A stretch of 64,000 nucleotides of DNA from the NCBI GenBank assembly GCA_963836075.1, contig CAWIIB010000009.1:224001-288000 (forward strand). Direction: 5' to 3'. Source of the stretch: an uncultured Acidobacteriota bacterium (GTDB lineage: Bacteria; Acidobacteriota; JAQAZP01). Shown here piece after piece: positions 31,870-42,507 of this stretch (position 1 is the stretch's first letter; every line of letters starts with the position of its first letter). The translations under genes and the position numbers were made by a program. The notes beneath the pieces are model-generated. The model saw nothing but the letters and a program-made list of their open reading frames with translations. It searched no databases and was not told where the DNA came from.

Positions 31870-34335
31870 ATGGGAAATAGCACAGCGAAAGACGGCCGTA
31901 GGGACCGGCTGGCGCCCCTGCTGCTGCTCCTCGTCTTCATCGTCCTCGGCGCCTGGGCCAGGCTGGTCAACGCCGGCAGCTCGGCGTCACTCTGGTTCGA
32001 CGAGGCCTGGCGGATCCAACACCTCCTCGACGCCGAATCACTGTTTCAGCAGATGGTCTCTGCTCCAAACCATATCGACCCCCCACTGTTCAACCTGATC
32101 ATCTACCTGCTGGCCCAGGTCCACAACACCGAACTGGTCCTGCGGCTGGCCTCGATCATTCCCGGCGTACTGGCCATCCTGATGGCCTGGCTGGTGGGCC
32201 GGCAGCTCTTTGCCGGAAGGTGGCTCCCCCTGTTCAGCGCCTTCCTCGTCGCCTTCTCCCCCTGGATGACCATCTTCTCCAAGGAGTTGAAGCCCTATGC
32301 TCTCGGCGTCCTGGTCCACATGACCGTTCTGTACGGGATTCTGCGCTACAGCAGGACCCCCACGGCAAGAGCCACCGCGACATTCACCGGACTGTTGATC
32401 CTCGCCCTCTTCTTTTCACCGAACATCGTCTTCGCCTACCCCGGGATCTGCATCGCCATGCTGGCCATGGCCCTGAGGACCGGCACCCGGCGGAGAATAG
32501 TCGAGGCGCTCGCCGCCGGCACGGCCCTGCTGGCCGGCTCCGCCCTCTACTACATAGCTTTTCTTCACGGCTCCGTCTACGAGCAGTCCTTCAATCCCCG
32601 GACCTCCTTATGGTTCTGCCCGCACGAAACGGTTGCCGCCGCGGTCGGCTGGTTCTTCCGCCGCTACCTGGGGTTCTACTCGAAGATGGCCTTCACCGAC
32701 TATTCGCTCTTCGAAGGCGTGGGAGCCTTCCTCGAGATCCTCTATCCGCTGATGGCGCTGGCCGGCGCGGCTCTCGTCCTTTTCTGGAGCCGCCGGCGCT
32801 TTCTCCAGCTCTTCTGCCTCTTCCTCATGCCAATCCTGGCCATGGTTCCGTTCAATATTCTCAAACTGTGGCCCTTCGGTCCCCTGCGGATGAACCTCTT
32901 CCTGATGGTCTACATCATTTTTCCGCCACTGATCCTGCTCGACCAGATACAGAGGAGCCGTTCCCGGTTTAGTCGATATGTCCCGGTGGGGCTGGCGGCG
33001 GCACTGCTGATGGCCCTGCAGTTCCCCATCCACTTCGGCGACTATTCCAGCAGCCGGGTGACCATGCGCCGATCCGCCGAAGCCGTGATCAACATCATTG
33101 AGTTCAACCCGGCTGATCCGCCGATCCCACTGCTGATCAACAGGCTGGGCGAGCCGTCCTTTACCTACTACAGCCGGCACCACCAAAAGGTGTCCAATCG
33201 TTTCGGCGCATGCGCCGGGGTGTTCGAACCTCGGGTGCTCGCCAGCCGGGACAGCCCCCTCTACACCACGGGGGAGCTGCTGCGGGAATGCCAGAAAAAC
33301 AGGCAGGTGGCCATCTACGTAAGCCAGTACAACGAGCACGACCGGCTTCTTTTCAAAAATGACTTCAGCATCGATCACCACTCATTCGACGCACGCAACG
33401 TCCACTCCTGCATCCTCCACTCGGAGATCGCGGGATACGAGGAGAGCCTGCGGCCCCTTTTCTCGAGCAAACGGTTCACCGGGGACAGCAAGGAGTGGAA
33501 GGTGATCTACCGGTCGCCTCCGCTACCGCTCACCGATCCCCAGCCCGGCGCCCTGGTGATTGTCAACTTCGATCTAACGTTCAAGTCGCGAGGAACTTCA
33601 ATCCAATTCCGGTTCATCGACCAGGACGGCTCGCCGAAACCGTTTGCACCGTCCATCATCCAGAACACCACACCGGGACTTCCACGCCGGATCGAATCGG
33701 CGGTGTACACAAAAATCAAACAGCGGCCAGGAACGGTGAGTCTGGAGATCGCAGCCAGCGGCAGCTACAATTTCCTGCTGAAGAACGTGAATTGCTTCAT
33801 GACCAGGACCGAAACTCCAAAGCCGGCCATCGGCCCCGGCACCTGCCAACTCCGTGCCGGAGACAGGACTCGAGTCCTGGGAGCGCTGACATCACTGGAT
33901 GGCTTCTGGCCTGACGATAAGCACACCTTCGGTTGGACCACGGGCGACACGCTGATCAGATTCGATGACCTGGCCGTATCCCCCGAGGACACGGTGCTGA
34001 TGCTGAAGACCTTTGGCTGGATGCCGCCCGGATGGAGAAACGAGATGAACCGCAACGGGCTTAGGGTCTACCTCAATGGCGACCGGCGGGCCCGTTTTCT
34101 GGGACCGGGAGGGGACCCGGTGCGATACTATTACTTTGAGATCCCGTCCGGAATTCATACCATCAGGACGTTGCGGATCATCTCGAACACCTTCTCGCCC
34201 AGAAAGCTGGGCATCAGTGATGATGCACGGGACCTGGGCATCGACCTGAAGTCTGTACAGTTTCCGGCAATGGCGCAAACGGCCCCCGTCCCGCGCAATG
34301 TTTCCACAGCAGGTGGAGAGAACACTCCATCATAG
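31870..34335 (+). CDS. GT-C (PMT/GT39-like) membrane glycosyltransferase with extracytoplasmic C-terminal domains, copy 1
   Basis: SLWFDEA, PPLF, LRLASII and SKELKPY motifs; multiple TM segments. Confidence 0.82.
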   Translation: MGNSTAKDGRRDRLAPLLLLLVFIVLGAWARLVNAGSSASLWFDEAWRIQHLLDAESLFQQMVSAPNHIDPPLFNLIIYLLAQVHNTELVLRLASIIPGVLAILMAWLVGRQLFAGRWLPLFSAFLVAFSPWMTIFSKELKPYALGVLVHMTVLYGILRYSRTPTARATATFTGLLILALFFSPNIVFAYPGICIAMLAMALRTGTRRRIVEALAAGTALLAGSALYYIAFLHGSVYEQSFNPRTSLWFCPHETVAAAVGWFFRRYLGFYSKMAFTDYSLFEGVGAFLEILYPLMALAGAALVLFWSRRRFLQLFCLFLMPILAMVPFNILKLWPFGPLRMNLFLMVYIIFPPLILLDQIQRSRSRFSRYVPVGLAAALLMALQFPIHFGDYSSSRVTMRRSAEAVINIIEFNPADPPIPLLINRLGEPSFTYYSRHHQKVSNRFGACAGVFEPRVLASRDSPLYTTGELLRECQKNRQVAIYVSQYNEHDRLLFKNDFSIDHHSFDARNVHSCILHSEIAGYEESLRPLFSSKRFTGDSKEWKVIYRSPPLPLTDPQPGALVIVNFDLTFKSRGTSIQFRFIDQDGSPKPFAPSIIQNTTPGLPRRIESAVYTKIKQRPGTVSLEIAASGSYNFLLKNVNCFMTRTETPKPAIGPGTCQLRAGDRTRVLGALTSLDGFWPDDKHTFGWTTGDTLIRFDDLAVSPEDTVLMLKTFGWMPPGWRNEMNRNGLRVYLNGDRRARFLGPGGDPVRYYYFEIPSGIHTIRTLRIISNTFSPRKLGISDDARDLGIDLKSVQFPAMAQTAPVPRNVSTAGGENTPS

Positions 34336-34382
34336 ACGCCACACACGGTCATCGTGAAGTCAGCGCTGGCCCTGGTAAAGCC

Positions 34383-36818
34383 ATGGAAAACGCCCCAGCG
34401 AAAGACGGCCGTCTGGACCGGCTGGCGCCCCTGCTGCTGCTCCTCGTCTTCATCGTCCTCGGCGCCTGGGCCAGGCTGGTCAACGCCGGCAGCTCGGCGT
34501 CACTCTGGTTCGACGAGGCCTGGCGGATGCAGCGCCTGCTCGACGCCGACTCACCACTTCGCCAGCTCTTCTCCCCGCCGAACAACATCGACCCCCCGCT
34601 GTTCAACCTGGTCATCTACCTGCTGGCCCAGGTCCACAACACCGAACTGGTCCTGCGGCTGGCCTCCATCATTCCCGGCGTACTGGCCATCCTGGCAGCC
34701 TACCTGGTGGGACGGCAACTGTTCGCCGGCAGGTGGACGGCGCTGCTGGCCGCGTTCCTTATCGCCTTCTCGCCCTGGGCCACCATCTTCTCCAAGGAGC
34801 TGAAGCCCTACTCGCTGGGTCTGCTGGTCCACCTGTCGGTCCTCTACGGCGTTCTCTGGTTCCAGCAACGGCTCACCCTTCGCTGGACCGCCGTGCTCGC
34901 CGTGACCCTGCTCCTCTCCCTTTTCTTTTCGCCAAACATCGTCTTCGCCTTCCCCGGCATCTGTATCCTCATGCTCTGGACGGCCTGGGAGAAGAAGGAC
35001 CGGAAGCTGTTCAGAGGGACGCTGGTCGCCGGGACAGTCATGCTGGCCGGATCCATCCTCTACTATGCCCTGCTGCTGCAAGCCCCGGGCGGCGAAGACT
35101 CCTTCGACCCGCTGAAACGCTACTGGCAGGACCACTTCTGCCCGGCAGGGTCGTTCACCGCCACCGTCTCCTGGTTTTTCCAGCGCTACCTGGCGCTCTA
35201 TGACAAGATCTCGTTCGCCAACCACTCCATGTTCGACTGGGCGGGTGATGTCCTCAAATCCCTCTACCCGCTGATGGCGCTGGCCGGCGCACTGATCGTC
35301 CTGCTGCGCAGCCGGCGGCAGTTCTTCAAGCTGTTCTGCCTCTTCCTGCTGCCGGTGCTGGTGATGGTGTCGTTTAACCTCGCCGGCCTCTGGCCCTTCG
35401 GGCCCCTGCGGATGAATCTCTTCCTGTTGGCCTACGTGCTGTTTCCGTCTTTGCTCCTGCTGGACCAGTGCCAGAGAGTTCGGCCCTGGAGGAACAGTTT
35501 TCTTCCGGTGGGTCTGGCGGCGGCGCTGCTGATGGCCCTGCAGTTCCCAACCGATTTTGACGACTTCGCCAGCCGGCGGGTGATACAGCGGGATTCGGCG
35601 GGTGTGCTGACCGGCCTCATCGAATCAGAACTGGAAGAGCAGCCGGCTCCCCTGCTGGTAAGCTGGCCCGGTAAGCCGTCCTTTGTCTACTACACCCGGT
35701 ATCATGAAACGGTGTCCCCGCTCTTCCGGGAAGAGGGGAAGAAGTTCAAGCCGATCATTCTTCGCGAACGGGACAGCCGGCTCTACACCAACGGGATGTT
35801 GCTGCGGACATGCCAGGAGCACCGGCAGGTGGCCACCTACTGCGACCACTACAATAATATCGACCAGCTGCTCTTCCGCAACGATTTCAGTGTCACGCAC
35901 CAGCTGTTCGACGGGGACAAGGTCCGCGCCTGCATCCTGCACTCGGAACTCACCGGCTACGAGGACGTGAAGAAACCGCTCTTTTCGTCGAAATGGTTTT
36001 CCGGGAGGAGCGAAAAGTGGAAGAACCTCTACATCTCCCCGCCGCTGCCGCTGGGCAACCCGCCACCCGGCACCCTGGTGGTGGTCAACTTCGACCTGAA
36101 ATTCAATTCCGACGAAAAGCTGATCCGCTTCCGCTTCTTCGATCAGGACGGCTCGCCGAAAAACCTCGATCACCCCTTCATCGAGAACAAGATCAGCCGT
36201 ATCCCGAGACGGCTCAAGTTGGCGGCACACACCAGGCTCCGGGAGCCGGTGGAAGCGTTCCGGCTGGTGCTGGCGGCCCGCGGCACATACGACTTCGTCA
36301 TCGATAATGTCACCTGGTTCATCACCCGGCCCGCGGAGGAGAGGCCGGCGGTGGCACAAGGCACCTACCGCCCCCGGCCCGGCGACCGGTGGAACGTGTT
36401 CGGGAAGGTGGACACGCTGGAACAGTTCTGGCCCGACGCCGACCAGAGCTACGGCTGGACCATGGGTGACGCGCTGATCCGCTTCGACGACCTGGCGGTG
36501 TCCCCCGAGGACACGGTGCTGATGCTGGAAACCCACGGCTGGATGCCGCCCGGATGGAGAAACGAGATGAACCGCAACGGGCTGCGGGTCTACCTCAATG
36601 GCGACCGGCGGGCCCGATTTCTGGGGCCGGGAAGCGACCCGGTGCGATACTATTACTTTGAGATCCCGTCCGGCATTCATACAATCAGGACGTTACGGAT
36701 CATCTCGAATACCTTCTCGCCCAGCAAGCTGGGCGTCGGTGTCGACGCGCGGGACCTGGGCATCGACCTCAAGTCGGTGCAGTTCCCAATAAAGGCGGAG
36801 ACGGCACCGGCGGCCTGA
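34383..36818 (+). CDS. GT-C (PMT/GT39-like) membrane glycosyltransferase, copy 2
   Basis: Full-length paralog of 31870..34335 with the same motifs. Confidence 0.82.
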   Translation: MENAPAKDGRLDRLAPLLLLLVFIVLGAWARLVNAGSSASLWFDEAWRMQRLLDADSPLRQLFSPPNNIDPPLFNLVIYLLAQVHNTELVLRLASIIPGVLAILAAYLVGRQLFAGRWTALLAAFLIAFSPWATIFSKELKPYSLGLLVHLSVLYGVLWFQQRLTLRWTAVLAVTLLLSLFFSPNIVFAFPGICILMLWTAWEKKDRKLFRGTLVAGTVMLAGSILYYALLLQAPGGEDSFDPLKRYWQDHFCPAGSFTATVSWFFQRYLALYDKISFANHSMFDWAGDVLKSLYPLMALAGALIVLLRSRRQFFKLFCLFLLPVLVMVSFNLAGLWPFGPLRMNLFLLAYVLFPSLLLLDQCQRVRPWRNSFLPVGLAAALLMALQFPTDFDDFASRRVIQRDSAGVLTGLIESELEEQPAPLLVSWPGKPSFVYYTRYHETVSPLFREEGKKFKPIILRERDSRLYTNGMLLRTCQEHRQVATYCDHYNNIDQLLFRNDFSVTHQLFDGDKVRACILHSELTGYEDVKKPLFSSKWFSGRSEKWKNLYISPPLPLGNPPPGTLVVVNFDLKFNSDEKLIRFRFFDQDGSPKNLDHPFIENKISRIPRRLKLAAHTRLREPVEAFRLVLAARGTYDFVIDNVTWFITRPAEERPAVAQGTYRPRPGDRWNVFGKVDTLEQFWPDADQSYGWTMGDALIRFDDLAVSPEDTVLMLETHGWMPPGWRNEMNRNGLRVYLNGDRRARFLGPGSDPVRYYYFEIPSGIHTIRTLRIISNTFSPSKLGVGVDARDLGIDLKSVQFPIKAETAPAA

Positions 36819-36882
36819 CCGGCACCTGAACACAACAAGGGCGGCGCACGAAACGCCACCCCCTTGATCAACGGACCGTCGT

Positions 36883-37341
36883 TCAGCCGGCGGAAATCTC
36901 CGACGTGCACATGGGACAACGGGAGGCCTTGATGGGGATGGACGAGAAGCACTGCGGGCAGTCCTTCTCGGTGGGCTCGGCCGGGGGCGCCTCGTCCTCT
37001 TTCTTCATGGCGTTGACCCGCTTGACCACCATGAAGACGGCAAAGGCCACCACCAGGAAACTGATGATGGTGTTGATGAAGATACCGTAGTTGATGGTCA
37101 CCGCGCCGGCGGCCTGGGCGTCGGCCAGGGTGGCGTACGGGGCGGCCGCCTCAGCGCCTTCCTTGACCACGCTGAAGAGGTTGGCGAAATCAACCCCGCC
37201 CAGCAGCAGGCCGATGGGCGGCATGATCACGTCGGCCACCAGCGACTTGACGATGGTGCCGAAGGCGGCGCCGATGATGATGCCCACCGCCATGTCCATC
37301 ACGTTTCCCTTGATCGCGAACTCCTTGAACTCTTTCCACAT
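36883..37341 (-). CDS. mscL: Large-conductance mechanosensitive channel with C-terminal CxxC..CxxC tail
   Basis: [27 protein letters not shown]...[13 protein letters not shown]; SD AGGAGG. Confidence 0.97.
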   Translation of the reverse strand: MWKEFKEFAIKGNVMDMAVGIIIGAAFGTIVKSLVADVIMPPIGLLLGGVDFANLFSVVKEGAEAAAPYATLADAQAAGAVTINYGIFINTIISFLVVAFAVFMVVKRVNAMKKEDEAPPAEPTEKDCPQCFSSIPIKASRCPMCTSEISAG

Positions 37342-37791
37342 CTCGCTCCTCCTCCTGGAATGCGGCAGCCGGGCCGCTGACCCAAGATGCCGGATGAGTG
37401 TATCTTTGCAGGTAACCGCGGCCGGCCCGTGACCGGACGCGGCGATACACAACCAGACAGCCGGGTGGCCGGTAAAGTCACATCGATTTGTTCAGTTCAG
37501 TATTGTCAGGAATGTGCCGCTGCCTGAATCGTAAGAGGGACCGGCCCGGGAGGTCAAGTAGCTTGTTTCAGTCATACTTCACCAGGGTGTTGGTTTTGAT
37601 AGGTATCAGGGTGTGCCTTCTTATGTTTCCTGCAAAACGACCATAAGGTCCTCCTTGACTTTGCCCGATCAGGAATCAATATTAAAGAGAAGATATTCAA
37701 AGGGTAATCAGCATTTCGACCAATCGAATGACTGGCATCAGCGCCGGAATAGTTCCGGCCGAAATGCCACTCGGCCTGTACGGAACTGTCT

Positions 37792-40506
37792 ATGAGGGAT
37801 AAAGAAAAACCAGTTTCCCAGCTCATCGAGGAGCTGGTAAACCTCCGCCAGCGTCTCACCGACATCGAGAACCTGGCCCATCTGGGGAGCTGGTCCTGGT
37901 CGGTGGATTCCGGGGAGGTGGAGTGGGGCGACGAGGTCTACCGCATCTTCGGGGTCGACCGGGAAACCTTCTCCCCGAATATCGACAGGGTGATGTCCCT
38001 CTTCCACCCCGAGGACCGGCAGAAAAACATCGCCGTGATCGAGAATGCCTCCCGGGCTCCCGGCGGATTCACCTTCACCGCACGGATCGTCCGGCCTGAC
38101 GGAGATATCCGCCAGGTCATCTCCGCCGCCGCCGGACACTTCGATCCCGAAGGCACCCTCGAGCGGGTCAGCGGGACCGTGCAGGACATCACCGAACAGA
38201 AACGGGCCGAGTCGGACCTGGCCCGGATCTGCGAGATGTCCCTCGACCTGATCTGTGTGGCCGGCGCCTCCGGCTTTTTCAAGTATGTCAACCCGGCCTG
38301 GCGCCGGGTTCTGGGCTACAACGAATCGGATCTGCTGGCCCAGCGCTTCCACGAGTTCATCCATCCCGACGATCACCCCCGCACCGACGAGGCGGTGAGC
38401 AAGCTGATGGCCGGCCAGAAGACCCAGGGCTTCGAGATGCGCTGGCTGCACAAGAACGGGTCGATCAGGACCATCTCCTGGTCAGCCACCCCGATGGTCA
38501 ACCGCCAGTTGTTCTACTGTATCGGCCGGGATATCACCGACCGGATAAAGGCCGAGCAGAGCCTGCAGGAAAGCGAGAAACGGCTGCGCGGGATCTTCGA
38601 GCAGGCGGCCGTGGGTATGGCGCTGGTTGAAACCGGCAGCGGCCGGGTCAGGTCCCTCAACCAGCGCTACTGTCACATCGTCGGCTACACCGAAGAGGAG
38701 ATGACCTCCAAATCCTTCCAGGAGATCACCCACCCTGATGATCTGCAAAAAGGCCTGGACTGCATGGCCCGGATGCTGATCGGCGAGATCCGCGAGTTCA
38801 GCCTGGAGAAACGCTACCTGCGGCCGGACGGTTCAACCGTGTGGGTCAACCTCACCGTGTCGCCGCTGTGGCGCGAGGGTGAAGAGCCCACCGAGCATAT
38901 CGCGGTGGTGGAGGACATCACCAAACGAAAACGGGCCGAGGAGGAGCTAAAGGAGAGCGAGCACCGCTACGCGCTGGTGGTGGACGGGCTTAACGACGGC
39001 CTGGTGGACTGGAACATCACGGCCAACACGGTCTACTACTCGCAGAAGTGGAAAGAAATGCTCGGTTTCGCCGACCACGAGATCGGCGACTCGCACAAGA
39101 TCTGGGAGGAACGGTTTCACACCGAGGAAGCCGAGCTGGTCTGGAGTGCCATCCAGGAGTATCTGCGGGGAGAGACCACCGAGTTGACCCTCGAGCACCG
39201 GCTGCGGCACCAGGACGGGACGTTCCGCTGGTTCCTCGCCCGGGGGATCTGCGTTCGCGACCGGGAGCAGAACCCGGAGCGGCTGGTGGTCTCCCACTCG
39301 GACATCACCGCGCAGGTGCGGATGCGCCGGGAGAGGGAACGGCTCCAGGAGCAGCTCCAGCAGTCGCAGAAGCTGGAAGCCGTCGGGCGCCTGGCCGGCG
39401 GCGTGGCCCACGATTTCAACAACCTGCTCACCGTGATCCAGGGCTACTCCGAGATGGTCTTCGATTCGCTGGACGCCTCCGACCCGCTGCGCCGGGACAT
39501 GGCCCAGGTGCAGAACGCGGTGGACTCGGCCACCTCGCTGACCCAGCAGCTGCTGGCCTTTTCCCGCCGCCAACTGGTCACCCCCAAGCTGATCGATCTC
39601 AACCGGACGGTGGGCACGGCGGAAAAGATGATCCGCCGCATCATCGGCGAGAACATCGATCTGACCTTCAAACCGGGGGACGACCTCTGGCGGATCAAGA
39701 TCGATCCGGCCCAGGTGGACCAGATCATCATCAACCTGGCGGTGAACGCCCGGGACGCCATGCCGGACACCGGGTCGCTGACCATCAAATCCGGCAATGC
39801 CACGCTCAACGAACCCTGTTGCCACGTCTGCCTCGACCCGCTGGTCGGCGATTACGTCCGGCTGACGGTGACCGACACCGGAACCGGGATGGACAAGGAA
39901 ACGAAGAACATGATCTTCGAACCCTTTTTCACGACCAAGGCCGCGGGCAAGGGGACCGGTCTGGGCCTCTCCACCATCACCGGAATCGTCCACCAGGCCG
40001 AAGGGCACATCAGTGTGGAATCGGTTCCGGGCCAGGGGACCACCTTCATCCTCCACTTCCCCCGGTGCTCGCCGGAGGAGATGGAGGCGGACCCCGAAGC
40101 CTCCGCCGCCACCACCGGCGGCAGCGAAACCTGCCTGATGGTGGAGGACCAGGAGATGGTGCGCGACATCGCCGTGCGCGCGCTGCGCGGCAAGGGATAT
40201 ACCGTGCTGGAGGCCGAGTCGGGAATCAGGGCGCTGGAAGCCGCCGAAAAATATGCCGACGAGATCGACCTGCTGATCACCGACGTTGTGCTGCCGGGGA
40301 TGAACGGCAAGCATCTCTTCGACAGGATCCGCCAGCTCAACCCGGATGTCCGGGTGCTCTTCATCTCCGGGTACGACGATGACTCCATCGCCCACCACGG
40401 CGTTTTCGAACCGGGGATCCACTTCCTGCAGAAGCCCTTCCGCCCCCAGGAACTGGCCCGCAAGGTGCGCAAGATCCTCGACGCCGAACTGCCCCGCACC
40501 GGGTAA
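37792..40506 (+). CDS. Cytoplasmic hybrid sensor histidine kinase (4 PAS/PAC + HisKA + HATPase + receiver)
   Basis: HPDD/DIT PAS-PAC motifs, GGVAHDFNNLL, NARDAM, FEPFFTTK..GKGTGLGL, LLITDVVLPGMNG and FLQKPF. Confidence 0.95.
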   Translation: MRDKEKPVSQLIEELVNLRQRLTDIENLAHLGSWSWSVDSGEVEWGDEVYRIFGVDRETFSPNIDRVMSLFHPEDRQKNIAVIENASRAPGGFTFTARIVRPDGDIRQVISAAAGHFDPEGTLERVSGTVQDITEQKRAESDLARICEMSLDLICVAGASGFFKYVNPAWRRVLGYNESDLLAQRFHEFIHPDDHPRTDEAVSKLMAGQKTQGFEMRWLHKNGSIRTISWSATPMVNRQLFYCIGRDITDRIKAEQSLQESEKRLRGIFEQAAVGMALVETGSGRVRSLNQRYCHIVGYTEEEMTSKSFQEITHPDDLQKGLDCMARMLIGEIREFSLEKRYLRPDGSTVWVNLTVSPLWREGEEPTEHIAVVEDITKRKRAEEELKESEHRYALVVDGLNDGLVDWNITANTVYYSQKWKEMLGFADHEIGDSHKIWEERFHTEEAELVWSAIQEYLRGETTELTLEHRLRHQDGTFRWFLARGICVRDREQNPERLVVSHSDITAQVRMRRERERLQEQLQQSQKLEAVGRLAGGVAHDFNNLLTVIQGYSEMVFDSLDASDPLRRDMAQVQNAVDSATSLTQQLLAFSRRQLVTPKLIDLNRTVGTAEKMIRRIIGENIDLTFKPGDDLWRIKIDPAQVDQIIINLAVNARDAMPDTGSLTIKSGNATLNEPCCHVCLDPLVGDYVRLTVTDTGTGMDKETKNMIFEPFFTTKAAGKGTGLGLSTITGIVHQAEGHISVESVPGQGTTFILHFPRCSPEEMEADPEASAATTGGSETCLMVEDQEMVRDIAVRALRGKGYTVLEAESGIRALEAAEKYADEIDLLITDVVLPGMNGKHLFDRIRQLNPDVRVLFISGYDDDSIAHHGVFEPGIHFLQKPFRPQELARKVRKILDAELPRTG

Positions 40507-40713
40507 GGAACGCCTGCAAAAACCGGGGTCAGATACCATTCTTTTGCATGACGCCCCACCGCCGTTGCCAGGAACCGCGCAGCGGGCGACGACGCAACCC
40601 ACATTCGCTATAATCTCAGGGACACGGAGCATCCATGGCAGATCTTCGCACTGCCGGCGAACTGTCCGGCTTACGGTGCCGCCGGGAGGCGCTCATCCAC
40701 CTGAGGGAACATC

Positions 40714-42393
40714 GTGATCAACACCCCGACCAGCGCACTGCAGTGGGGCGCCATCATCACCGGCATGGGGGGCGGCCTGGCCCTCTTCCTCTACGGCATG
40801 CGCAAGATGACCGAGTCGATGCAGATCGCGGCGGGCGGGATGATGAAGAACATGCTGTCCCGGCTCACCGCCAACCGTTTCACCGGCGCGCTGGCCGGGG
40901 CGCTGGTCACCGCGGTGATCCAGTCCTCGTCGGTGACCACCGTGCTGGTGGTGGGCTTTATCAGCGCCGGGCTGCTGGGGTTCACCCAGTCCATCGGCGT
41001 GATCCTCGGGGCCAATGTGGGCACCACCATCACGGCGCAGATCATCGCCTTCAAGGTGACCAAGTACGCGCTGGTGCTCATCGCCGCCGGGTTCCTCGTC
41101 GAACTGACGGCGAAGAACAAGCGGGTGCGGCACTACGGGGCGATGGTGATGGGTCTGGGCCTGATCTTCTTCGGCATGGAGCTGATGAGCCAGGCCACCT
41201 ACCCGCTGCGCAGCTACGAGCCGTTCATCAACCTGATGCAGAGCATGGAGAACCCGCTGCTGGGCATCCTCCTCGGGGCCGTGTTCACCGCCATTGTACA
41301 GAGTTCGTCGGCCACCACCGGGGTGATCATCGTCCTCGCCGGACAGGGATTCGTCTCGCTGGAGACCGGTATCGCCCTGATCTTCGGCGCCAGTATCGGC
41401 ACCTGTGTCACCGCGCTGGCCGCCGCCATCGGCCGGCCCCGCGATGCACTGCGCGCCGCGCTGGCCCACGTGATCTTCAACGTCATCGGCGTGCTGGCCT
41501 GGATCTTCTTCATCCCCCAGTTCGCCGAGCTGGTCCGCTCGTTCTCGCCCGCGGCAGTGGAACTCACCGGCCTGGCCCGCACGGCGGCCGACGCCCCGCG
41601 GCAGATCGCCAACGCCCTGACCCTGTTCAAGGTGGTCAACGCCGGAGTGGCCATCTGGCTCATCGGCCCGCTGGCCTGGCTGGTGATGAAACTGGTGCCC
41701 AGCAGGCCGGAGCCGGAATCGGCGCGGATCAAGCCGAAACACCTCGACCCGTACTTCCTCAGCCAGCCGGACATGGCTATCGATCACGCCAGGCTGGAGC
41801 TGCACCGGCTGGGCCGGCTGGTGCACCGGATGTATGACCAGGCGGTGCCGGCGCTGACCAGCGGGACGGAGGAGGAGCTGTCGGCGGTGCTCGTCCTGGA
41901 CGACGATGCCGACCTGCTGCACGAGGCGATCGTGGAATATCTGGGGCAGCTCTCGCTGCTGGATCTGGCGGCACCCCAGCCGGACCGGATCCACCGGGCC
42001 ATCGCCTCGGCCAACTACCTCGAGCACATCGGCGACGTGATCGAGACCAGCCTGGTCAAGCTGGGGAGGCAGCGGCTGGACCTGGGGTTAAAGCTTGAAC
42101 CCTCGACAGAAGCCGCGCTGGCCCCGGTGGCCCGGGAGACCGGGTTCGCCCTCGACCTGGTGATCAGCGGTCTCAAAGCGAACAGCTCGCTGAGCCCGAA
42201 AATGGTCGCCCGGTCGAAGACCCGTTTTCGCAATGCCGTGGCCCTCTGCCTGGACACGGTGATCGACACCCTGGCCGTGGACAAGGACCGCATGGACGCC
42301 TACCGCCTGGTGAGCGAACTGCTCACCGCCATGGAACGGATCCACGCCCTCTGCCGCCGGATTGCGGCGGTGGGCATGGGGCTGGGGGATTAG
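40714..42393 (+). CDS. Na/Pi cotransporter family protein with PhoU-like C-terminus
   Basis: Two QSSS motifs, GANVGTTITA, and LEHIGD in the helical C-terminus. Confidence 0.93.
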   Translation: MINTPTSALQWGAIITGMGGGLALFLYGMRKMTESMQIAAGGMMKNMLSRLTANRFTGALAGALVTAVIQSSSVTTVLVVGFISAGLLGFTQSIGVILGANVGTTITAQIIAFKVTKYALVLIAAGFLVELTAKNKRVRHYGAMVMGLGLIFFGMELMSQATYPLRSYEPFINLMQSMENPLLGILLGAVFTAIVQSSSATTGVIIVLAGQGFVSLETGIALIFGASIGTCVTALAAAIGRPRDALRAALAHVIFNVIGVLAWIFFIPQFAELVRSFSPAAVELTGLARTAADAPRQIANALTLFKVVNAGVAIWLIGPLAWLVMKLVPSRPEPESARIKPKHLDPYFLSQPDMAIDHARLELHRLGRLVHRMYDQAVPALTSGTEEELSAVLVLDDDADLLHEAIVEYLGQLSLLDLAAPQPDRIHRAIASANYLEHIGDVIETSLVKLGRQRLDLGLKLEPSTEAALAPVARETGFALDLVISGLKANSSLSPKMVARSKTRFRNAVALCLDTVIDTLAVDKDRMDAYRLVSELLTAMERIHALCRRIAAVGMGLGD

Positions 42394-42395
42394 CA

Positions 42396-42500
42396 TGTCA
42401 TCGCGAGGAGCCGCAGGCGACGTGGCGATCTCGTGACGACAACCATTTCATTTTCACGAGATTGCCACGTCGACGACTCCGTCGTCTCCTCGCAATGACA
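42396..42500. repeat. Long palindromic REP/RPE-type element between convergent genes
   Basis: TGTCATCGCGAGGAG...CGACGTGGCGATCTCGTGA-loop-TCACGAGATTGCCACGTCG...CTCCTCGCAATGACA. Confidence 0.8.
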
Positions 42501-42507
42501 GGTGCCC

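Noticed and set aside
37572-37700. Strong SD (AAGGAGG) plus ATG on the minus strand upstream of mscL, and a GGCAAA motif suggesting a c-di-GMP riboswitch
   Set aside because: The ORF is only seven codons, and the rest of the riboswitch structure is absent.
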